64,000 nucleotides of DNA. Origin: an uncultured Chloroflexia bacterium (GTDB lineage: Bacteria; Chloroflexota; Anaerolineae; Anaerolineales; UBA4823). The position numbers were made by a program, and so were the translations under genes. The stretch is from positions 195,479 to 259,478 of the forward strand of contig CAWBYY010000004.1 of the NCBI GenBank assembly GCA_963793095.1, given 5' to 3'. The notes beneath the pieces were generated by a model. The model saw only the letters and a program-made list of their open reading frames with translations, had not been told where the DNA came from and ran no database searches. Below are positions 39,562 to 51,315 of the stretch, piece after piece (position 1 is the first letter of the stretch; every line of letters starts with the position of its first letter).

Positions 39562-41916
39562 TTATATCCCTGAATTCAGGATTTCAATATCAATATCTTT
39601 CAGGTAATTCCTGTATGCATTCGTTTCTTCAATTAGCAACTCGATCTGATTCATTAATAACTCTGATTCATCAGTTTTTAGGAATTCATTCCTTGTTGCA
39701 ATCTCGAAAGTTCCCTCAATGCTGGGCATAATATAACCCTTGGAAATAATCCAATCCAGTCCTTTACGAATGGTTATCTCCCTCTGCCCCAGATAGCTAG
39801 CCATTTTCTGGACATCTAAAATACCATTATTAGCATTTATTCCAAACTTAACCATACCCATGAGTTGTTTCACAAAGGAATGAAAGTCGAGGGAGTTTGG
39901 ATTAACACAAAAGAATATAAGTTCTGTTGGAGATAATTGTTCAATAACATGGCGCAATTCCCATCTTCCCGGCGGTGTTGTCCAGATTACAAGTCTCGAC
40001 GCTGGTTTGATGTTGTATCTGTCTACCAGAGCAGCCTCAATTTTTCTATGGATCCCTTTTGTTCTTAACTCACTATCTCCACCCGCTTCGATCCAGATTT
40101 GCGTTTCTTCCCCGATCTCCAGCTGGATTAATTTTTCAAGTTTTGAATGAATTTTTCGAAAATCACGGATTTTCCAAATTCGGCTCGGCTCCAGATTGGT
40201 AATTTTCTTTTCGATAACCTGGAAATCAACCCACTCCAGTTGTACACTTTTTGATCCTCGGAAAGAAGAAGAACGTGCAGTGTATACCAGATTGAATCGA
40301 GAATTTTCCAAAATTTTTTTATCAAATTCATCAGCTCCATTCCACCAGATCAATCTATATTTGGTTTCCTCTCGATCAGATACTGTTATTGAAATATGTT
40401 CATCTTCACGTCCTAACGTTGTATAGTTCTGAAATTTTAGATCCTCACTCATAAATATTAACTGCCGGTTTCCAGGTCCAAATGGAGCCAATCTTTCGAC
40501 ATCTTCAATAAATCCCATGCTTATCTCCCCCAGATCGATAGTACCATCAAATACTGCTTCTTTTACATCCGGTATATCTAAAGCAACAACATAATCAGAG
40601 ATTGATTTTGTGAAATCCTCAATTTTTGCGGGATCAATTTTTAAGCCAGCAGCCATTGGGTGCCCGCCATATTCCAATAAAAATCTGCTGCTGTCCCGGA
40701 TTGCAGCTGAGATATCAACTCTTTCCACAGACCTGGCAGACCCCTTTCCCGCATGACCGTCAGCTGTTGAAATCAGGATAACAGGTTTATTGTATTTCTC
40801 TACAAGTTTACTGGCGACAATGCCGATAATTCCTGGCGGCCAGGTTGGATTTGATATTACAATTACTTTGTTTTCCATCAATCCAGGGTTTTTTTCAATT
40901 CCAGACAAAGCTGCCTGGTACACCTGGTTTGTTAGCAATTTCCTGCGGGAATTAAATGTCTCAAGTTCCAGAGCAAGTATCCGTGCTCTTGCCATATTAT
41001 CGGTTAATAATAGCTCTACTCCCTTTGCAGCATCATCCAGCCTCCCGACTGCATTCAGGCGGGGTCCAATAATAAAACCTATATGTTCTTCTGAAATTAA
41101 GTTTGGATCTAATTCAATTAATTCATACAATGCCTGCAGTCCCGGTCGTTCTGCCTGGCGCAGTTTTTTAATCCCGGATTGAAGCAAATAACGGTTGTCT
41201 TTCGTAATCATAACAACATCCGATACTATACCCAATGCAACCAGGTCCAGGAATTGATCCACTTCATCATTTAGGCCAATCCGGGTATACAGACCTTCAA
41301 TGAGTTTGTATGCCACACCCACGCCTGGCAGGTTGCGGAGTGGATGATCTTCAGCCAACATTTTAGGATTCAGGATAGTTTCTGCATCTGGCAGCTTTTC
41401 CGGTAAATCATGGTGATCTGTGATTATCACGTCCACCCCGGATTGGTTTGCGAATTTAATCGCTTCGTGAGAAGCAATGCCGGTATCACAGGTAAGCAGC
41501 AGGTTTATTTTAGGATGGTGGTCGTCCCCAATTATCTTTTCTAAGAATGGAATGTTTACCCCATGCGATTCAATATCCCTCAAAGGGACATGATAGACCG
41601 TATCAATATTAATATTACGCAGAGCAGAGATTAATAGGGCGGTGGAGGTTTGCCCATCTACATCAAAGTCGCCCCAAACACAAACTGTTTCCCCTTTCTC
41701 CAATGCTTTGATCAATCGGGATACAGCTTTTTCTAATCCAGGAATATCACTGGATGGAGATGCTTTAAATAAATCCGGATTCAGAAACGACAGGGCTTCC
41801 TGAGGATTTCTTAATCCACGCCGGTATAGAGTGTGCGCTACAACCGGATGACCACCTACGATTTTTATAAAGTCATCCGGGACTTCTACCGGTTCAGGTT
41901 CAATCCAGGCTGCCAT
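39562..41916 (-). CDS. recJ: Single-stranded-DNA-specific exonuclease RecJ (long form, 784 aa)
   Basis: DHH family motifs (GDFDVDGQTS, TCDTG, ITDHH), DHHA1 GGHPMAAG, and a C-terminal extension of about 200 aa. Confidence 0.9.
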   Translation of the reverse strand: MAAWIEPEPVEVPDDFIKIVGGHPVVAHTLYRRGLRNPQEALSFLNPDLFKASPSSDIPGLEKAVSRLIKALEKGETVCVWGDFDVDGQTSTALLISALRNINIDTVYHVPLRDIESHGVNIPFLEKIIGDDHHPKINLLLTCDTGIASHEAIKFANQSGVDVIITDHHDLPEKLPDAETILNPKMLAEDHPLRNLPGVGVAYKLIEGLYTRIGLNDEVDQFLDLVALGIVSDVVMITKDNRYLLQSGIKKLRQAERPGLQALYELIELDPNLISEEHIGFIIGPRLNAVGRLDDAAKGVELLLTDNMARARILALELETFNSRRKLLTNQVYQAALSGIEKNPGLMENKVIVISNPTWPPGIIGIVASKLVEKYNKPVILISTADGHAGKGSARSVERVDISAAIRDSSRFLLEYGGHPMAAGLKIDPAKIEDFTKSISDYVVALDIPDVKEAVFDGTIDLGEISMGFIEDVERLAPFGPGNRQLIFMSEDLKFQNYTTLGREDEHISITVSDREETKYRLIWWNGADEFDKKILENSRFNLVYTARSSSFRGSKSVQLEWVDFQVIEKKITNLEPSRIWKIRDFRKIHSKLEKLIQLEIGEETQIWIEAGGDSELRTKGIHRKIEAALVDRYNIKPASRLVIWTTPPGRWELRHVIEQLSPTELIFFCVNPNSLDFHSFVKQLMGMVKFGINANNGILDVQKMASYLGQREITIRKGLDWIISKGYIMPSIEGTFEIATRNEFLKTDESELLMNQIELLIEETNAYRNYLKDIDIEILNSGI

Positions 41917-41937
41917 AAATCCAATAACCGTTATTGC

Positions 41938-42774
41938 TTAAAATTCAATTTCTACTATTTGATCAAAATCATATTCATATTGTGCGGATTCTTCAGAGAA
42001 TATTAATTCATTTGCCTCTCCATCCTGCCCTGGTAAATCTCCCCTCTCACAGAGTGCCCGGTAAACACAAAATTTACACTTAACTTCCTGATCGGTTTTT
42101 AAAAATTCTTCAGGATTCATCCCAGAAATTTTCTCTATTGTGTTTCCAATCTCATCTTTTGCCTGAGTCAATTTATATTTATCGAATTCGAATATCTCCA
42201 TATTCCAGGGATATTCCGCAAACCAGTAGATCATTTTTAGCTGGTCAGGTTCGATCCTTTTCGAGGGACATAAATGTTTGCCCGCACAGAATAGAATATA
42301 AGGATAAACTTTTGATTGAAAGTGCTCGCCAAGAACTCCGCTTTTATATCTAATTTTAGAGGTTTTCCAATCATAAATTATCCAGCGCCCATCTGGCTTG
42401 ATGGCAACCAGATCTAATTTCGCGATTACCCGGAAACCCTGGATAACCGAGTAAAGTCTCACTTCCGGAAGGAATTTATCCGCTTCATCAAGATTCTTTA
42501 TAATGGAAATTTTAAAATTATCCCACCATTTTTTTAATGAGGAATCCACTAAATAATCTTCAATTTTTTCCTCAGATACTCCGGCAAAGTATTGGTGGAC
42601 AGCCCGGTGGAAATCTGCCCCGGATTTAGCACGTAATTCGAGTTCATTAACTGGATCTAATTCGACAGCAGGCCAATTAATCCTGTCAATGTAACGGTAT
42701 TTAAACAGCCTCCTGCAGTAAACGAAATCTTGCAAGCTTTTTTGACTGTAATTGAAATTCTCGGGTAGTATCAT
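41938..42774 (-). CDS. PD-(D/E)XK nuclease with a Cas4/AddB-type Cys cluster
   Basis: DLVAIKPDGRWIIYDWKTS core. One N-terminal Cys (FVYCRR) plus a C-terminal CKFCVYRALC. ATG at 42774 chosen because the TTG at 42828 overlaps the upstream gene. Confidence 0.7.
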   Translation of the reverse strand: MILPENFNYSQKSLQDFVYCRRLFKYRYIDRINWPAVELDPVNELELRAKSGADFHRAVHQYFAGVSEEKIEDYLVDSSLKKWWDNFKISIIKNLDEADKFLPEVRLYSVIQGFRVIAKLDLVAIKPDGRWIIYDWKTSKIRYKSGVLGEHFQSKVYPYILFCAGKHLCPSKRIEPDQLKMIYWFAEYPWNMEIFEFDKYKLTQAKDEIGNTIEKISGMNPEEFLKTDQEVKCKFCVYRALCERGDLPGQDGEANELIFSEESAQYEYDFDQIVEIEF

Positions 42775-42793
42775 TTTTAAAATATACGACAAT

Positions 42794-45041
42794 TTATTCT
42801 GGATAAGCTTTTTTTTGGGTTGATTCAAGCAGTTTGATAAGCGCTAATGCCGCCGAATTTTTTCCATTTCTACCGTTGTTCCAGGTGACTACCAGTTCCT
42901 TCTTTGCGCGAGTAATGCCTACATATAATAATCGTAACCTTTCACGGGCAAAGTTCAACCGTGCCTGATTTGTCGCAAATCCCCTCCTGATACCATTCGT
43001 AAGGTTTCTCCAAAAAAATTGTCTCCAGCTGTGCAAGTGTCTCTGCTTGCAGGTTCAACCTGTCACGGATGAAATATTTTTCATCAAAATAGACCTCCTC
43101 CGGGTAGCCAGTTGGAAAATTGTAATTGTTGGCTGACATTAGATAAACCCGGTCCCACTCCATACCCTTGGCTTTATGCATCGTAGATATTACAACTACT
43201 CCTTTATGTTTTTCGGGATGAAAACCAGTATCTGAATCGCTTAAACCAAGAAAACTTCTCCGGTTTTTAAGAATAATTTCGAGCTCGGCTGAATAATCTT
43301 CAACTCTCCAACCCGGATTGAATCGTCCTGCCTGACGCATTATCAGTGCAAGTTTATAAGCCAGCGCTAAATCCTCAGGTTTCTTGAATATCTCTTTTGA
43401 AATGGTTAAAACCATCTGGTCAATTGGGATTGTCACAGATGGCCCCCACCGCTGAATTTCTTCCCGGAATTGTAAATAAAACTGGTATTCCTGCTCGTTC
43501 TCCAGAGAATTGTGGACACCTTCCAGCCAATCACGGCCAGGTTCTGGCTGGAAAAAATCCTCGATATGCGGCACTTTTTTTATCCTTCGGGATGATTTCT
43601 CAGGTTCAAATTTAAGTTCTTCATTCTGGGCTTTCAGCGCCAGCCAATCTTCGTATACTTTTGATAATTGTGAGGCAGATTCAGGGTTAGCGAAGAACTT
43701 CAACAAGTTATTTATTATTCCAACCGTCCTGCGGGTATGTGAAGTGACCTTCAATAGGTCATCATTATAGGAAATATTTGCCTTTTGCAGTTCAATTGCA
43801 AGAGCCGACCCGCGATCGTTTCTCGGTACCAGAACTGCCACTGTCTCATTTTTATGATCAGGCAGCCATCCAGCAATTGAATTTACAACGACCTCCATTT
43901 CCTTTTCGGGTCTGTGATTGATATGGCTTATAAAAATCTTTGAGAGATAATCTGGAGGATTTGGTTGAGGATCGTCCTGGGTAGCAGGCTCGATAAGCGG
44001 TGGGTGAGTCAAGCCGCTTCTAACTTCAATAATAGGATGATTGTGAGCTGTCCATGTGACCAGATTATTTGCCAAGTCGATAATACTCTGCGTCGACCGC
44101 CCTGATACAGATAGATATTTTTCTGTTACATCCTCACGGATAATGAAATTTCGCAAATATTCAGGATTGGCTGTCGTAAATGTTTCAAAGATCGCCTGGT
44201 TCGGATCGCCCACTCTGACCCAGTTACCGTTCCTCTCAGAAAGCAGCTTTAAAATTTTTTCCTGAAGCCGGCTGCTGTCCTGAGCTTCATCTTCAAGAAT
44301 ATATGGCCAGCGGTCTTGAAGCCTATCTGACAGGTATTCATCATTTTCCAGAGCAACCAGCGCATAGGATATGAGATCATCAAAATCTATCGCCCCGCGG
44401 TAATTTAAACTACGTTCGTAATCTCTGTAAATTTCATTTCCCATTTCAAGGAGCGGCATCTCAACCGGGATTTCTTCAAGACGTGCACGGATTTGGGATG
44501 ATGTCAGACGTTTGTCTTTTACACTCCGGATAAACCCTATCGCGATATCCCGAAAATATTCAGGGACTTTGTCTCTGATTGTTCTGCCACGCCAATATTC
44601 CTCCATCTCAGGGTTGATATATTCACTCAATATTCCAGAATTGGAATGAATCCATGCCCTGGCTGCATCTTCTATGATCTTATTAGTCTCCATTTCATCA
44701 ACAATAATAAAATCCTCACCAATCCCAACCAGGTCGGGTCTTTCTTTCACAATATCATGCGCCAGTCCATGGAGTGTCCTAACCCGAAATCCAAGCGGCA
44801 GCAGAGCTTTCTGGGAACAAAACCTGGTAACCTGGCTATAAAAATTGTCCACTGCAGAATTTACCAGGGTCACAATCAACACTTCTTGATGCTCCTGTAA
44901 TAACCCCCGGTTTATAATTTCTGCAGCCAGCAATGAAAGTGTCCAGGTTTTTCCACTGCCTGGGACAGCCGATATCCCAATCTTCCCCTTTTTATAATTA
45001 AGAATTTCCTCTTGCTCAGGTCGTAGTCTGATTTCACTCAT
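42794..45041 (-). pseudogene. UvrD/Rep-family helicase with one frameshift near its 3' end as sequenced
   Basis: Walker A AVPGSGKTW, motif II ILEDEAQDS. Motif [17 protein letters not shown] lies in ORF 42794-43036. The frames join if the GGGG run at 42981-42984 is read as GGG. Confidence 0.8.
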
Positions 45042-45069
45042 TATTAATGTTTTCCAGCACCAGGTCCCG

Positions 45070-47200
45070 CTACCCGGGGAAATTAGCAGTATCTATTAAA
45101 AGTCGTTGTACTGCTCGAATAAATAGACCCTGTGATTCAAAACCTCTTTCGTTCAATTCACATAACCCAAAATAAACCTTGTTCCTGCACCTGCGCAGCA
45201 ATCCAGTTGTCACCCGGCTCAGCGTATCTTTTCCATAGGCAAATTCTTCTTTATCGGTCCATTTTTGTTCGCGGTTCCAAGACCGGCTCAGTACATATGG
45301 TTGGGTTAAGGGCTGGTTCAAGCGTTCATGCCACCCACGGCTGCCAGTATCCAGCCAGATCTGATATTCCACCGGCCGATTATGCATCAAAAAAGTGTAC
45401 GCAGGCGCGATATATACCGCATCCCTGGGAACCTCCTGCCACTGCTGGACATATTGCGCCGCTATCACTCCCTCCTGAACCATATAGAAGAATTCCTTCC
45501 CCATCTGGCTGCGGTTCCCTTCAATGCTGTCTGAAGTTGCCCATCTGAATTTTTTGATCAACTCGACAAAATTTGCCACAATTTGACTGGAATTTATATC
45601 CAGGTACAGACCAAAACCAGGCTGGGATAGTATTTCCCCGAACAATTTACTGACAAATACATCTAAATTCTCATCCATGGATTGATTTTCCAGCAGCCAG
45701 ATGCGTAACTTCTCATACTTTTCTCCAAATCTGTAAGTTATTCGCTCCTGCATTTCCGGTTTGATCAGAATAAATTCGGATAAATCCGGTGGGTTATGTT
45801 TATCCCTGTAAACAATTTTGGTCAGTAGATTCGCCCGGATAATGTCTAATCCCTGGATAGCAGTAATCAATGCATTGGTTACTTCAGTTTTAGTAGGTGG
45901 ATATCCCCAATTCGGGTATGAAAGCGCTATCAAGGTTAAAAGACACCTGATCACAGGCTCATCCCGGAGTGCCCGGGAAGGCCGGTGGGTATAAAAAGGT
46001 ATTCCAGCGCTTTTAAACCTTTCCGTCAACATAAAACTCAGTGAATCAGAAATATATGGAGCAATAATAACAATCTCCCCCGGCGAAGTTCCATCTCTGA
46101 TAAGGCAATTCGCCATTTCAACTGACCAATCCAGCATTTCCGGAAAATATCTGTTGACGCCGATTTCAAAAGCATTTTTCGGATTGATTCGGGGTCCTTT
46201 ATCAATGGGTTTTATTTTATCTGGCGAAGGAAAAGAGACATCGGGTTTAATCTGTTGCGCCAGCAGTTGGTTAAATCCATCAATCTCTTTCGACATTACA
46301 AATGAATGCTCGAATTGAATTAAACTCGAACAAATTACTTTCAGTTCACAGGCTGATTCCGGGTCAGCGCCTAAAAAATTTCTGAATCCAGAATTGGAAT
46401 CATATACAAATAAAAGCGAATTCCATTATAGGCGCCCATGACCGGATAATTTTGTGGGTAACCGGTGTATCTTCTTCAATATTATCCGCTATCAGGTGTT
46501 TATAAGTCCGGGAAAATAAATTTTCGAACTCTGGCATGTGTATGATGTATCGGTGAAATATTTCCACCTGAAGTGAATAATCCAGCAGATTGTTCTCAAG
46601 ACAGTGCTGCCGGAATAAATTCACACACTTCTGGACATCATTGTATACATTTACCTGGCCTGGATCCCCGCTCCAGGCTGCCTCTAAAATTGAACCAATT
46701 TCAGTGTAATCAAAACCCACCAGAGCAGATTTGTTTAAGTTGTCAAGTATCTGGCTGTAAAGCCTGTTTCTCTCAAGCGTGACGGAATCAAATAACCCTT
46801 CTTTGAAGAACGGCTGGATAATTTTTGATAGAAAATATTGGGCCGTTTCCAGGGTTAAGAAGATGGGGTTCTTCCCTTTGGAAATGAATCCTGCTTTCTC
46901 CGCAATCTCAGGCCAGAACAGATCGATCATTCTCCTGGCGATGCCAGCGATTGTCACTATCGTCACCTCCCCTCCAGCCATCACTCCAGGATGCTGAACT
47001 GCATCCCAATATGGATTTCCAAGTGTTCTCTGGGGGATCAGGACTAGAATTGAATCTCCTGGAACTCCCTGTTCCATTAAGAAAAGAAGTCGCTCGACTG
47101 CGGTTGTAGTCTTTCCCGTGCCAGCTGGGCCCTCAAGAAATATCTTGCTCTTTACTGGTTTTTGGATAACCTCTACCTGCTGCTCCGATAATCTGACCAT
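45070..47200 (-). pseudogene. AddB-like helicase-fold protein (Walker A retained, degenerate motif II), with one frameshift as sequenced
   Basis: GPAGTGKTT and LIADNIEEDTP. ORFs 46400-47200 and 45070-46296 join as ...APIMEFALFVYDSNSGFRNFLGADPES... if one T is removed from the TTTT run near 46410. No nuclease motif was found. Confidence 0.6.
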
Positions 47201-47240
47201 TCTTTCCTAATATTATTCAAATTCAAAGGGATCAAAATAT

Positions 47241-47558
47241 TCAGACGAAAAAAGCCAGCAATACCCAAAGGACAATCATACCGATTGCTACAGTCAGGAT
47301 AGGGCTTTTTGTCTTCCAGGCTACAAGGACCGCGATTATGCTCGCAATCAAGCGGAAATTTCCAAAATTTAGCTGCAGTTCATCCCCGCTGTACAGAACC
47401 TCTGGCAGGATAATGGCAGTTAATACTGCTGGGGGTACAAAGTACAATCCGGTTTTAATATCACCCGGGATTTCCCTATCTCCAACCAGAAGGATAAAGG
47501 ATAACCGCAGACCATATGTGATCGCTCCAGCGATGATCATAATCAGCCACAGATTCAT
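47241..47558 (-). CDS. azlD: Branched-chain amino acid transport protein AzlD
   Basis: About 105 aa with three or four TM segments, overlapping the azlC stop. Confidence 0.75.
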   Translation of the reverse strand: MNLWLIMIIAGAITYGLRLSFILLVGDREIPGDIKTGLYFVPPAVLTAIILPEVLYSGDELQLNFGNFRLIASIIAVLVAWKTKSPILTVAIGMIVLWVLLAFFV

Positions 47559-48292
47559 AATCGTTTTTTCAAGATTACCCCAACTGTGATACCAACAAAT
47601 GCGGCTGCAACCAGGCCGATTTTATACGGCAATGCATAAGCAAACACAGAAATTAAACCAGCAACTAAGGCTGCCATCAAACTGGCTCGATCGTCGAAGG
47701 TTGGGACCACAAGCGCAATTAAAGTCAAGGCGAGGGTAAAATCCAGAGACCAGCTTTCCGGGATTATTGCACCAAGAAAGATGCCTGCTGCGGTGGATAT
47801 CTGCCAGATACTCCACAGCCCAAACCCAGCCCCAAGATAATAAAAATTTTTGTATGTATATCTGTCGTTTAAGATTTTAGGAATCCTTTCACCTGGATTG
47901 AAGGCTTCCAGGTCTTTTTCAAGTTTTCTGAAATGAGCTATCGCTACTGCATATGCTTCATCGGTTAGAAAATAAGCCAGAAAGAATTTCCACTTTTTTG
48001 ATAGATTTATAAAATACGGTGCGATTGATGCGCTGTAAAGCAAATGGCGCAAATTGACTACTGCAATTGTGAATACGATAACAAACCCGAAGACACTGTT
48101 GCCAATCAGTTGTGTGGCGATAAACTGGGATGAACCTGCAAAAACGATTGATGACATCGCCTGGGCTTGCACTGGCAGCATTCCAGCATCCAGGGCAAGC
48201 ACTCCATAAATCATCCCGAAGGGAATCACACCAATAAGTATCGGGAGGACAGCCTTAAAACCGGATATAAACTCGGAAACCTGTGGGCGCAT
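47555..48292 (-). CDS. azlC: AzlC family branched-chain amino acid permease
   Basis: Typical AzlC N-terminus (F..G.K..LPI.IG..PFG...G) and multi-pass topology. Confidence 0.8.
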   Translation of the reverse strand: MRPQVSEFISGFKAVLPILIGVIPFGMIYGVLALDAGMLPVQAQAMSSIVFAGSSQFIATQLIGNSVFGFVIVFTIAVVNLRHLLYSASIAPYFINLSKKWKFFLAYFLTDEAYAVAIAHFRKLEKDLEAFNPGERIPKILNDRYTYKNFYYLGAGFGLWSIWQISTAAGIFLGAIIPESWSLDFTLALTLIALVVPTFDDRASLMAALVAGLISVFAYALPYKIGLVAAAFVGITVGVILKKRL

Positions 48293-48327
48293 CCAATGAT
48301 CAAAAAATCTCTGTATTCAACTCATGC

Positions 48328-49780
48328 TCATTGGTTCTCAAGCTGGCTGATAATCCTGTTGAGCTCTTCTTTAAGGTCTGGTTCAAGCGGTTCCGGATTG
48401 TATTCCTTCAATATTTTTTGGGCTTTTTTCCTTGCCCATTCTCTGGCGCCAGATTTATCTTTCTCCCACGCCTCGTATGAACGCCTGTCCATAAGATTCG
48501 GCTGCCAGCGTTTTCGCATATTATTACGGGTGTGTTTCTGACTCAAATAATTGCCTCCTGGTCCAACATCCTTAATGACATCAACAGCAAGCTTATCAGC
48601 ATCAACAACAATCCCCTTAAACATTGACTCCAGGATACTCCAGATTTCCGAATCCATCAGCAGCATCTCAAAAGAGAAAATGCGCGAACCATGCAGTAAG
48701 CCAGCGCCAAGCAGCATGTCGGATAATGTCGAAACAGCCATGAATGAAGAAAAACTATTATCAACTGCGGCCTGCCAATCCGGTTGCTTGGCGCCGGTGG
48801 CAAATGCGCCCATTGAAAGCGGGATATTATAAAAATCAGCCAGAACATTTGTCGCTGCACCAAACAGAAAATCCTCCGGTCCTCCTCCAGTGTATGCCCC
48901 GGTTCGAAAGTCTATGGATGTTTGCGCAGCGGCATAAAAAAATGGACTCCCGGGAGCAGTCATTTGCATAAGAGTCAGGGCTGAAATCACTTCCGCATTT
49001 CCGACAACCAGGTTGCCTGCTAATGTAACTGGCCCGCTTGAACCGCACGAAGCCATTGTCATATAGCCAACCGGGATGCCAGCTCTGGCACAGACAAGAC
49101 CCGCCTCAATGCTGCCCCCATCATGGCCCAAAGGACTGATTGTGCACTGCATGATTGAAAGCACTGGCCTTCTCCGTAGTTCCTCCCCTGCCGCCAGCCA
49201 TGGCTGACGCCATTTCCGCTGCGGCAATCATTTCACGTTCAGTGACAATTGATTCTGTTTGCAGGTGTTTTTTGCTGACTGACCAAACCGCTTCCAGTTC
49301 ATGCAAGCCCCTGCTCTCGGGTGGACAATCCTGGGCGGAAAGGGCTACCCAGTGAAATGCAATTTCCTCAAGATAGTCCGCAACTCTGGCCACATCCTGC
49401 ACATCCTTTTTCAGCGATCTGCTTTTATCTCCAGTAAAAACATCGATTATCTCAACCCCACATCCATCTGTTCCCAGGTAACTGTGGTTGCCATCTAATG
49501 GCAGATCAAGGTCTGAATCCATCGCCGCTAAATCATACACAGGCGGGGCAAGTGCTATGAATTCTTCGACGATCTCCCCAGGGATACGGGCGACTTTAGC
49601 TGCCCGGTCTACGCTTGCCCCGTGATCCTCGAGAACATCCAATGCCTTTTCGGATGGGAATTTAACGCCTACCGATTCGATCACATCCAATGTTGCCGTA
49701 TGGATTTTATTGACATCTTCAGGGGTTAAAATTTCCAGTTTTAGTTTAGGGTTTTCAACGCTCTTTATTTTATTTCCCAT
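48328..49780 (-). pseudogene. MttB-superfamily (non-pyrrolysine) methyltransferase with one frameshift as sequenced
   Basis: The N-terminal ORF (MGNKIKS...) and the C-terminal ORF join as AMAGGREELRRRPVLSIMQC if the GGGG run (49185-49188) is read as GGG. No in-frame TAG. Confidence 0.75.
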
Positions 49781-49818
49781 GGTTTTCCCTTTGGTAATTA
49801 AAAAGATGGGTTTAATAT

Positions 49819-51315
49819 TCAACCAACGATTGTATTCGATTGCATTTCGATCGGGTTGTATGTGAAAGGCAGCGACTGTAATCCAAATCTGCTGGCCTCA
49901 GTTTCCGCAATCTTCTTCAATTCAGAACGGATATCCTCGTCTAAAACAGGCGCCTGGTATGAATTGATTAAATGTTCAACCCGGCTTGAAGCCCGTTCAA
50001 CGACTGATCTGGCTCCACTCAAATCCCATGAGTTATACGACCCGCGGTCAATAATTTCCGAGGGGATATAAAATTCATCTTTATACCACTTTCGTGTATG
50101 GGGGTTTGAAAGGTAGCCCGAATGATGACCCATCTCCCTGATTAAATCCATACCGATAGGATCATCCCGTTTCTGAATACCCTGAACAAATCGTTTTGCC
50201 AGCCCAATTATTTCTGCATCGATCACAAGTTTTTCAATACTCTGGCAGCTTTCAAAATCCAGCATCCCCGCACCGGAAATCATGTTTGCGCCAGTAAGAG
50301 CGGCTGCCAGTGCGCCCCCCATCGATTCAAATCCGCATTGAGCGTCAATAATTTTGGCATCGCTCATCCCCATGTAAACATGAGTTGGAATATTCAGGCT
50401 CTTTCCAATCTCAACATAGGCTGCATCGATCAGCCATGTCCCGGCTGCGCCCATCGGCGTGGTCCCGTTTTTCATGTCAAAAATTGAGGGCGAGCCGCCC
50501 CAGATAACCGGCGCCCCAGGGTTTGTAAGCTGGTGAATGACAATCCCACTCAAACTTTCAGCTGCATGCTGTACCACTGCGCCTGCAAGCGTAACCGGGG
50601 CGGTTGCCCCTGCCAGCGGCATTGATACCAGCTCAGCTGGAATTCCAGTCCTGGCGCAGTCCATCAAATTCTGGCAGGTCAGATTACTCCACAACAACGG
50701 TGGAGATGGACATACATCAAAAACAGCGATCGGTTTTGAAGCCAGCTCCAGGTCTCCTCCGGAGACTGCTGAAAGCATTTCCTTCATAACCCACCAGGTG
50801 TCTATTCCGAAAGCGCCAGTAATGACCGGTTTTTTCATAAAGTTTAGTGCCAGGTATAAACGGTACCAGTCACCCATCCCTTCCGGGACATCAGAAGGGA
50901 TAAGTGCGGTACTCTGGGCATCGATCTGCGGAAGCGTTTCTACAATTTTTACAAATTTAATTAAATCCTGGGTTACAGGCTGGCGGTGTTTCCCGGTTTT
51001 TGTGTCCAGATAAAATATCGCGGTAGAACCAGGGTCAAAATGGATATTATCCCCACCATAGGTAACGACAGGTTTACCTTCCAAATCATAAAGATAGAAA
51101 ACATCTGGAGCAGTTGCGACTGCATCAAAAACCACCTTTTCAGGGATTCTGGCGACTGAAAGGCTTTTATCAATAGATCCGCCAGAGTCTGCAATGAGGT
51201 TGAGTGCTCCCTCGTTTTTGATCCTCACACCCGGATCCATCAAAACACTTACAGCCTCGCTTATTATTTTTGATTTAAAATCATTTTCTAGCACCTCTAT
51301 TTTTATTTCGTCCAT
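49819..51315 (-). CDS. MttB-superfamily (non-pyrrolysine) methyltransferase, intact paralog
   Basis: 498 aa TIM-barrel family pattern (FDVCPSPPLLW, MPLAGATAPVTLAG, GAGMLD). No in-frame stop. Confidence 0.8.
   Translation of the reverse strand: MDEIKIEVLENDFKSKIISEAVSVLMDPGVRIKNEGALNLIADSGGSIDKSLSVARIPEKVVFDAVATAPDVFYLYDLEGKPVVTYGGDNIHFDPGSTAIFYLDTKTGKHRQPVTQDLIKFVKIVETLPQIDAQSTALIPSDVPEGMGDWYRLYLALNFMKKPVITGAFGIDTWWVMKEMLSAVSGGDLELASKPIAVFDVCPSPPLLWSNLTCQNLMDCARTGIPAELVSMPLAGATAPVTLAGAVVQHAAESLSGIVIHQLTNPGAPVIWGGSPSIFDMKNGTTPMGAAGTWLIDAAYVEIGKSLNIPTHVYMGMSDAKIIDAQCGFESMGGALAAALTGANMISGAGMLDFESCQSIEKLVIDAEIIGLAKRFVQGIQKRDDPIGMDLIREMGHHSGYLSNPHTRKWYKDEFYIPSEIIDRGSYNSWDLSGARSVVERASSRVEHLINSYQAPVLDEDIRSELKKIAETEASRFGLQSLPFTYNPIEMQSNTIVG

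Noticed and set aside
41938-47200. The helicase plus nuclease genes as a phage-defence system (Gabija-like or similar).
   Set aside because: No OLD/TOPRIM-type ATPase-nuclease, methyltransferase or other defence hallmarks are present. The tight coupling to recJ and the AddB-like Walker-A protein fit DNA repair better. This is left as a minor alternative only.
48328-51315. Pyrrolysine (in-frame TAG) in the MttB-family genes, and selenocysteine (in-frame TGA) in the hdrA/mvh genes (1-4670).
   Set aside because: No in-frame TAG interrupts either MttB paralog, and the single break is explained by a GGGG-run frameshift. The hydrogenase and hdrA genes read through without internal TGA.
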